NCBI GenBank assembly: GCA_951804945.1
Contig: OX638149.1
Coordinates: 58,528,001 to 58,592,000 of the forward strand
Reading direction: 5' to 3'
Source: Podarcis cretensis
Taxonomy: Eukaryota
DNA: 64,000 nt
Position numbers and translations under genes: made by a program. The notes beneath the pieces were generated by a model that saw only the letters and a list, made by a program, of their open reading frames with translations, was not told the DNA's origin and did not search any database. This document shows positions 55,876-64,000 of this stretch, piece after piece. Every line of letters starts with the position of its first letter. Position 1 is the stretch's first letter.

Positions 55876-56490
55876 TGTATTGGGAGGCTTCTGACTCTTT
55901 CTAAATAATGCATATGTTAGCCCATCAGCATCCCTAAAGGGCATGTTGATGGCAGAATTTCCTTCAAAAGATTTCAATGAAACAGATTGGTTTAACAAAA
56001 AAAAATTGTATCTCTACAAGACTATTCATGTACAGTTTTGTTTTGTTTTTGTAACTTGGAGGCATAATGCCAAGTAGCCCTTCAGCCCTAGATTTATTTG
56101 TATTTTACCTGTCCTTACTACTCCACCACTAAATTACTCCATTCATAAGTCAGTGGTCACTGTCATCCCTGAAAGTCGTAGTTATGGCAATTTATTTCTG
56201 TACTTTCTGCATTTATACACCCACCTTCTAACAGTGACTCATAAAAAACACACACCTGGGTTTGAAGGCTAAGTATGGAGAGTCGTCTCCTGTAATTACT
56301 GACTCTGCTTTTAAGTGGGTTATGAATACCATTATTTTGTTGCAAATGAATGGAACTTTATTATCAACTGGCAGAGAGAATGAGAGTAGTTGGGATAGCT
56401 CTTCAAATGGAGTACGGTGACAATGCAGTACATTTGAAAAATAATACAAAGAACTGCAAATTTATTAAAGTTCTATTTCCTGGGAGGTAC

Positions 56491-56664
56491 CTGTATGATG
56501 CGTCTCCTTTTCATGCTTTCCTTCACTTGAAAGAATAATTATAGGTGGGATATTATCCATAGTTGTGTTTGTGGTATCTTCATCTTCACTTTCCCACCCA
56601 GGATGCATTGCATGTGGTTTTTGTGTGGTGTCTTCCTGCTTGCCATTATCACTGGAGGCAACAG
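56491..56664 (-). CDS. CD44: CD44 repeat stem exon R5 (VASSDNGKQEDTTQKPHAMHPGWESEDE...KETHHT)
   Basis: ccatcattacaacag acceptor, GTACCT donor, 174 bp. Confidence 0.82.
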
Positions 56665-56884
56665 CTGTTGTAATGATGGTTTGAATATTTTTCAAATGTT
56701 ACATAGGTATCGTTCTTTTCATCAGTTCTTACTAAGTGCTATGTTTTGTTGAATTGAATCAATATCGTATCAGGTTTTTAAGTATAATTACGTTTAGCCT
56801 GATGGCATTTACCTACTATGATTTACAGTTCAAGTACCTTTCATCCAACACCAGAAGAATTAAAAGCCATTAGAATTCCTGTAC

Positions 56885-57008
56885 TTGGAAGACACCCAAG
56901 GAGGTGTTTCCATTTCAAGACTGCTTCAACTTGGAAGAGTTATTTCAGGCAGAAGATAATCTCAAGCAGCAAACAAATTTTGCATACTTTTTCATCACAC
57001 CATGCTTC
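56885..57008 (-). pseudogene. Decayed CD44 repeat exon fragment
   Basis: Pieces read EAWCDEK and DYLLPEITLPS*SSLEMETP, paralleling EWSNEE and DYVLPGV/TLPEIIHPSENE; family-like donor GTACAG. Confidence 0.45.
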
Positions 57009-57144
57009 CTGTGTTTAGTGAAAGTCCATTTATTTAAATGGAGTCAGGATTAGATCTTTACATAGTTTGAGATAGCTTCTAATTTATCTAGAGAGATTAC
57101 TGAAAAAAGAAGTAAAATGTTTTTACTATTTTTCCAGTCAATAC

Positions 57145-57324
57145 CTGTGTCTGAACGTTCATTTTCATGCTCACTTTCAGCTGCATGAAGAATTCCAGGC
57201 AGCAAATGATTTCCAGATGTGTTTGTGAGATGTTTTTCTTCATTATCCTGTCCAGAATGCTCACTGTGCAACATTGTATCCCGACCGGAATCTTCATAGT
57301 CAGTGCTATCACTGGAGACTACTG
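57145..57324 (-). CDS. CD44: CD44 repeat stem exon R4 (VVSSDSTDYEDSGRD...LLPGIL...HENERSDT)
   Basis: ccatctttgtaacag acceptor, GTATTG donor, 180 bp. Confidence 0.8.
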
Positions 57325-57506
57325 CTGTTACAAAGATGGCTGGGTCAGTTTTGAATTCTCTGCTTTCACATGCGCTTCACTAAGTGCAATTCTACTTAAC
57401 CCTAACATGGAAAGTGGAAATCAGTAACCACAATAGCCGTTTTAGATGAGACAGAACTATAGCTCTATCCAAAACGTATTCTATGGCTATAAAATCTACA
57501 CAGAAA

Positions 57507-57840
57507 ACAGGGCCAGTATACCTGAACGAGCGTCTCCCCCCCCCCCCCATCATTCTGCCCGGACACTGAGGTCCAGCGCCGAGGGCCTTCTGGCAGTTCC
57601 CTCACTGCGAGAAGCAAAGTTACAGGGAACCAGGCAGAGGGCCTTCTCAGTAGTGGCATGCGCCCTGTGGAATGCCCTCCCACCAGATGTCAAAGAATAA
57701 ACAACTATCTGACGTTTAGAAGGCATCAGAAGGCAGCCCTGTTTAGGGACGTTTTTAATGACTGATGTTTTAATGTATTTTTAATCTTTTGTTGGAAGCT
57801 GCCCAGAGTGGCTGGGGAAACACAACCAGATGGGGGGTTA

Positions 57841-57882
<42 letters not shown>
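57507..57882 (+). mobile_element. L2-clade LINE 3' end with (ATT)n tail
   Basis: Peptide ARTLRSS...RAFSVVACALWNALP; ATT microsatellite at 57841-57882. Confidence 0.8.
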
Positions 57883-57928
57883 TCTAATTTAGCTAAAAGA
57901 TTTAATGATAATGAATCACTGCCTGTAC

Positions 57929-58086
57929 CTGTATGTGGCATTTCCTTTTTACTCGCTTTTTATTCTGAGGAATGATTCTAGGTGGCTAATTAAATTTAGA
58001 TGCATTTGCAAGGTATTTATTATCACTGTCCCAGACAAGATCATATACAACCATCTCTGCTTCATGAATCTTTTGAAGCCTCTTGT
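57929..58086 (-). pseudogene. Decayed or stop-containing CD44 repeat exon
   Basis: tttcccag acceptor, CATACAG|GTACAG donor; reads ...WDSDNKYLANASKFN*PPRIIP... then shifts frame to KEMPHT; 158 bp. Confidence 0.6.
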
Positions 58087-58261
58087 CTGGGAAAGCAAAT
58101 CTTTCTGCCATAGCACTCATTTTGCCGGACTCTGGAGTATTTATAAATACTTGTCCAGATCAAGTCAACATAGGCCTTTGGTCATCAACCTCAATGGAAG
58201 ACTAAAGTAACCCAGTCTAAAAAAGGAAAAGGCAAGAATAGGTGGGTTTTTTAAAAAAAAA

Positions 58262-58376
58262 CCTTTTCATGTTTTTTTTCTCTAGCTGCAATAAATTTGC
58301 CTTCACTGCCCAAGAGGATATAAACTAGCCTACATGTGTGAATCATGAGAGGAATCTTTGTAGTTCATTCCAACAG
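58262..58376 (-). pseudogene. Decayed CD44 repeat exon
   Basis: Family acceptor cattattatagcag|CTGTTG; reads VGMNYKDSSHDSHM*, later KHEK. Confidence 0.5.
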
Positions 58377-58929
58377 CTGCTATAATAATGTCTGAATCTG
58401 TTTTAAAGACAACAAATGGTAGCGAATGGTAGCCTGATAAAGAATAGACCCATTAAAATCAGTGGACTGGAATAACATGACTCCATTCATTTCAGTGGAT
58501 CAGCTCTTGATTTAGTTAGACAATACCCTATGTTAGCAGTTTCCTCCTCATAATTATTTGATGCCCATCTTATCTAGCTTTACGGGCACTATCAGAATTT
58601 TAGGTGAAGTCAATTAAAATATTAGGTTAAGGCTTAAGCAGTATTAATTATTAGGTTAAGACTGAACTCCATATGCATTGTCAAAGTAATAAATTCCATC
58701 TGGGGAAACAATAACCTCCAATCTAACATGCCACATTTCTCAAATTCTTTTCCCAAAGAAGTATGCATGGCTTCATCTTTAAGAGGACTTCAACCCAAGA
58801 AGACTTCAAAAACATTTCTGTTTTGCTTAGAAATTTACTGATGTGCTATGCAAGCTTGCTACTATTTTCTTGTGGATTTGGGGTTTTCTAAAAAAATTTT
58901 TTGTTGTTTTTTGTTGGTTTTTTTTGGGA

Positions 58930-59293
58930 GGGACGCGGGTGGCGCTGTGGGTAAAACCTCAGCGCCTAGGACTTGCCGATCGTATGGTCGGCGGTTCGAA
59001 TCCCCGCGGCGGGGTGAGCTCCCGTCGTTCGGTCCCAGCTCCTGCCCACCTAGCAGTTCGAAAGCACTCTTAAGTGCAAGTAGATAAATAGGGACCGCTT
59101 TATAGCGGGAAGGTAAACGGCGTTTCCGTGTGCTGCGCTGGTGCTGGCTCACCAGCTGCAGCTTCGTCACGCTGGCCACGTGACCCGGAAGTGTCTCCGG
59201 ACAGCGTTGGCCCCCGGCCTCTTAAGCGAGATGGGCGCGCAACCCCAGAGTCGGTCACGACTGGCCCGTACGGGCAGGGGTACCTTTACCTTT
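58930..59293 (+). mobile_element. Sauria SINE, CpG-rich young subfamily
   Basis: GGGACGCGGGTGGCGCTGTGGG head, intact B-box, ACCTTTACCTTT tail. Confidence 0.9.
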
Positions 59294-59458
59294 AAATTGT
59301 TTTTTAATTTATTGTTTGATCTTGAGTTTACATATTTGTCAGTCATCTTGTGGAAGTTTTGTCGTTGTTGTTTTGAAAGGTGACTATACATTTATTAAAT
59401 GAATTTTAAAAGTGTAGAAAAGTTTAACAATGCTGAATTTTCTTTTTCTTCCTAGTAC

Positions 59459-59642
59459 TTGAATGAGATATTTCCAAATCCTCTTCATGCTTGTTTACAC
59501 TTGAAATGAGACCAGGCATAATTCCATTTTTAGATGTTTTTGTAGGATATCAATTTTCATTGTTCCCACCAAGATGGATCTCATTAATCTATATACCATG
59601 ATTATCAGTCTTCGCGGTTAATCTTACCTGTGGAGACCACAA
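59459..59642 (-). pseudogene. Decayed CD44 repeat exon containing a possible 15-nt microexon (59628-59642)
   Basis: gtcatcattgtagcag acceptor; VVSTGKINRED* ... HLGGNNEN*YPTKTS...MPGLISS...HEE; internal consensus donor CAG|GTAAGA. Confidence 0.65.
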
Positions 59643-59841
59643 CTGCTACAATGATGACTGAATCAATACCACATTTTCACTATCAGGCCCATGTTATGTA
59701 GATTAAATAATTTTCTTAGGATGTATCAGTAGTTAAGGCTGCAATCCTGATTCATGCTGACTTCATAGGAGTCAGGATTACACCCTTCGTAGGAAATAAT
59801 AATTAATGATTGGGGCTGAATAGAACTTTTCTGAGATATAC

Positions 59842-60009
59842 CTGTATAAATGGATTCATTTTTTTGCTCATTTTCACTTGGATGAATAATTTCAGGTAGT
59901 GTCTCTTTGCTCGATGAGTTTGTAGGGTATCTTTCTTCATTGGACCATTCAGGATATATGCCATGAGATGGTGGGCCTTGAGTGGATTCTTCAACTTTCA
60001 TCCCATTAT
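59842..60009 (-). CDS. CD44: CD44 repeat stem exon R3 (NGMKVEESTQGPPSHGIYPEWSNEERYPTNSS...NESIYT)
   Basis: aagcag NAGNAG acceptor (alternative start 60012), GTATAT donor, 168 bp. Confidence 0.82.
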
Positions 60010-61372
60010 CTGCTTTTGTGGTGAAGTATTTGTTAATTTAATATATGCAGAACCACTGTCTATTGTACATGCATCTTGCAGTTCAATATGAATCCAACTA
60101 CACTGGTGGCACTCAAGGAAAAAGGGTGCCTTTTAGGGGTCTGTTTATCTGTCACTAAGTCAAGATTCTCTATTACCACTTTTTGTATAAGCACTTTTCA
60201 ATAAAAAAAAACCCAGTTCATATTTCAGTTAATTCATTTTAGTTAAATCCTTTGAAACAATATCTTATCGAGCCATTATTATGTACATGTGAAGCAAGCA
60301 TTTTGTATTTCACAGCTATAAAATGATTTTGGTTTGAAGACAACATATTTTGTTCATTTCTTATTTGCAGACAGCTAGGTTTCTAAAAAAAGAAAGAAAT
60401 AAGCTTGCACATGAGGTATTTTGACTTCCTCATAGACACATGCTGTTTATGGCACAACTACCAAGTATTTGTAAAAACAAATTTGTTCTTTCAATGTTGT
60501 GATGGTAAAGCAGGCAACAGAAATACAAATTAGTAAATACTGTAGATAATTTTAGTGATGTGGAGTATTTTCTACTTGAAGAAACGCTAAAACAACCATA
60601 ATGGGCTGCATCTACTCAACAGAGGCCCAAGCAAAATAACTGTGTGTAAAGCACTATGACACTAATATTCTTGGTGTCAGAGATTGAATTATATTGGGGT
60701 GGTGGTGTCAAGATGAAATAAAACTAATATGATATAAAGCCCTACTCAGATGATGAAATGTGACTTATCTGTTTGAATGGAATAGTGGCTCTTCTCAAAG
60801 CTACCTCTTTTTAAAACTTAGGTGCCTCTGAGGCAAAAGAACATAGGTCCACCATTCTTAACACTGACTGAGGTAGCAAGACAGAGAAATGTGCGTAGGA
60901 GCCTACAGAAGGGATGGCACCGTTTGGAGGCTGGGCCTCCATGGACTGGCGGTAATGCCATCCATTATTGGGAATGCTAACAATCCATTATTAATGGAAG
61001 GTTTTGTCAGACTGCCATGATTATCTTAGTGCCCTAATACTGGAATACTAGGAATTTACTTTAAAGGGTAGTAAGAAGGCCAAAATATATGTGAGATGCA
61101 GGTCTGTGAATGTAGCTGTCATGTAAGGGGCACGTGAACTGGATCGGAACCGTGACATAGGAGGGGCTGCTGCTTTCCTCCTGTGCAATTACCACAATAA
61201 AAATGGCTTCCGTTTTTGAAGCCATGTTTCACCCCAAATGGAGAAGCATCAGACTCCAGTTCTAATAAAGGCTGGACTTCTCGCTGAGACATAAAAGCCT
61301 TCCTATTCGCTGACATAAAAGAGAAATAGAACTGAACATAGGAAGATTACATTAACATCCTGCAGGCAGTAC

Positions 61373-61546
61373 CTGTCTGAGAAGATTCATTGTCATGAAC
61401 CTTCTCACTTTGAGGAATAAGTGTTTCTAGGACACCAAGGATCGTTCTGTTTGTGGCAGAATCACTTCTCCGCCCAGGTTTGCCCACTGCTGATAACTGA
61501 TCTTGATGTGATTCTTCATGTTCAGCACTTTCATTGAAGGCTAGAA
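61373..61546 (-). CDS. CD44: CD44 repeat stem exon R2 (LAFNESAEHEESHQD...HDNESSQT)
   Basis: atcattgctacaatag acceptor, GTACTG donor, 174 bp. Confidence 0.75.
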
Positions 61547-61823
61547 CTATTGTAGCAATGATAAATAATGCAGGAATCAGTAACTCAATATTTTGGATTT
61601 CCATGTGTTAGTGAGAGACTTAGAAAGTTCTGTGTGTGAACTCCAATGGAAGCAGGCTTCCCCAATTGTTTCACCAAAGGATGGAGACCTTATTTATGCA
61701 GTAGAATCACCACCTCAACAGAAGTTAATAGGGAAGCCCATTCTGCCTGTCAGAACTCTCACCTCAACAAGGAGTCACTGTACTGAGGTGGTTATTTGAA
61801 TCAGTATAGTTCAAACCTTCCAT

Positions 61824-62014
61824 GGGGAAGAAGCTTGACTCAGTGGCAGAGAATCTGCTTTGCATGCAGAAGGGTTCAGTCTCTAGGATCTCCACATAGG
61901 ACTGGGAAAGACTCTGTCTGAAACCTGGCAGAGCTGCTGCTAGTCAGTGTAGACTGTCCATCTTGAGCTAGATGGACCAGTGGCGTGACTCAGTATAAGG
62001 CAGCTTCCTATGTT
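61824..62014 (+). mobile_element. Squam3-type SINE
   Basis: CTCAGTGGCAGAG head...GAGCTGCTGC.AGTCAGTGTAGAC...GAGCTAGATGGACC...TATAAGGCAGCTTCCTATGTT. Confidence 0.75.
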
Positions 62015-62778
62015 TAAGATGGCATGCTAATCACTAGTTAGTGCAAGAAGAGGTATAATTTTATCATTTTATATAATTTTTCTTTCTGTGTGGACATGGA
62101 TAGAATGACTAATGCACAAACCAATTCGGCCAAAATGCTTGGATGAAAATTCAGTCTTCTTACAGAATCAGCTACTTCCACTGAGTTCAGTAGGCTTACA
62201 TCAGCTTAAACCCAGATTCTTCAATTTGCATACTGTAGCAATAAGTCTGGCAACCAATACAACTCAAGCTGCTGCATTGCCACAACAGGGATAACACACA
62301 GATAACTTCAGAATAACCAAACAGCAAAGTGGTCTTGATTTATACCTCTGTATTCTCACACACGGCACATCCTTAATATTCAGTCAAACCACTGGCCCAT
62401 CAAGCCCAGTACAGTCTACTTTTAGATATTTATATAGGTTTACTAGCAAATGGTATAAACATAAATTTTATCGGTATGACATATCTGGGGTACGTTTGAC
62501 ACTGATAATAGATTGTACCTATCTATTTAAAATGTAACTAAAAATAATGGGAGAAGAATGGCTGCGAAAAGCAAAACTCTCAACAGTTTGGAACTCACAT
62601 CTCCAACATATGGAAGAATAACTAAAGGAAACTCACAACGCCCCCCCCTCCCCCAGTGACTAAAAGTTCTATTTTTAAGTATGGTTAAACATCATTTCTC
62701 CAGAAACCCGGATCAGGAAATGAAAGCAAACAATCCAAATGAAAATCTAATTCTACAGTTCACTATTGGTTCTGATAC

Positions 62779-62967
62779 CTGTATGGTGGGAAGATTCTTC
62801 CTCCAGAGTTCTTTCTCTTTCACTTGATGAAACAAGCACAGGATGCAATACATCTGAATCTGTGGTTGTAGGTAATGTGTCTTCAGTTTCTAATCCAGAG
62901 AGAGCGCCATCTAGTGGATTCTGAGTTGAGTCTTCCTGCTTGAAGAAATCATCACTGGAGGACCCAG
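62779..62967 (-). CDS. CD44: CD44 repeat stem exon R1 (GSSSDDFFKQEDSTQNP...EEESSHHT)
   Basis: catcatcataacag acceptor, GTATCA donor, 189 bp. Confidence 0.82.
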
Positions 62968-64000
62968 CTGTTATGATGATGTTTTGAATCAGTTGCAGTG
63001 TTATGCTTGCTGAACAACCATCCAGATTGTTCACTTTATCTTGTTAAACTAGACATGGCTTGCTTTTTCAATTATGTGCATAAGCAAGAGGAGGAGGAAA
63101 GTAGATAATTTTTTTGGAAAGTATTGTTGAATTCACAGCCACCCAGTGTCATCACCTCGATTATCAGAAGTTGCTGATTTTCCAGACAGTGCCCCAGAGA
63201 CTAGTAGGAATAGCGGAAAGGCGTGTAACAGTATTATAGGCAGAAAAGATGTGACAACAGCTTGCACCTTTAACTGATCTATCAAACATCTTTGATAGAT
63301 GCCAAGGCTTTGTATAACTGAAATCACAGCACCGACGTAAGTCCATAAACTTTCTCTTTCTTGCCTTCTTTATCTTCTTCCTTTTTCTTTGAAATTGTAC
63401 TTTTTGGAATATGTTTAGACATTTGTTCCAGGCACTAAGGCCAAATGCTGCAGATAGATAATGTTGGTTCACACATTCAACTTGGGGAAAAATATTTTGG
63501 CTGGCATTCTGAGTGAGATGTAGTTGAACCATTTCAGCATAGCCTTATACAGTTCTAAAGGTGCTGCTGTTTAAATCCAAGGAAACTGTCAGAAGCGTCT
63601 TGAGGTACCACCACCACACCACCAGATTTTTCCTTCAGAGTCAAACCTTTTCCCAGCATTCAGCAGGAAGCATAATGTGTTGAACATTATGATGACTGCC
63701 TGAGATGAGCCCAAGAGAACATGCTTTAGATTTTGAGAAATAACACCAAGCCCACAGAAAGCCTTATGGAATAGGAAAGCAAGGTAGACCCCATCTGCAA
63801 GAGAAAATGCTAATACATTTCCATAATAAACCAAACCAAAATTGCAATGCAAGTTGCATATGTGTTTGTATAAATGCCATTTATTCATCTTTCATTCCCT
63901 AATATTGCAATCATCCTCTAATGTTGGCGAATCTATGCCCTTTGGTTCAAAAGAACTCTGTTTTCATGTGTTTGAATAGCAGTTTATATAGTTCTTTCTT

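Noticed and set aside
56256-56307. Candidate CD44 exon ESVITGDDSPYLAFKP
   Set aside because: 52 bp, not frame-preserving, no family motifs.
62150-62240. Further decayed repeat exon (MQIEESG)
   Set aside because: Similarity is limited to a few codons.
50177-62967. Separate gene, transposon or CRISPR-like array explaining the repeats
   Set aside because: The units are spliceable phase-1 exons leading into the CD44 stem and TM exons; eukaryotic context, no TIRs or constant repeats.

Overview
Vertebrate genomic DNA from a squamate reptile, probably a lacertid lizard, judged from Sauria/Squam-type SINEs and CR1, L2, L1 and Penelope-like remnants. It holds the convergent SLC1A2-CD44 gene pair. 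On the + strand are SLC1A2 (EAAT2/GLT-1 glutamate transporter) coding exons 2-11 (5598-33315); exon 1 lies outside the window. All three mammalian-type C-terminal options are readable: GLT-1a, GLT-1b and a GLT-1c-like exon that the ORF track misses. A ~10 kb 3' UTR probably follows. On the - strand is the 3' part of CD44: tail, transmembrane and stem exons, preceded by a tandem array of mutually homologous phase-1/phase-1 stem exons. The array has at least 10 intact copies, at least 5 decayed copies, one SINE-disrupted copy and one possible 15-nt microexon, and is the most unusual system here. A perfect 67-bp-arm inverted repeat lies between the two 3' ends. All coordinates were read by hand, and mammalian comparisons come from recalled sequences, not database searches.
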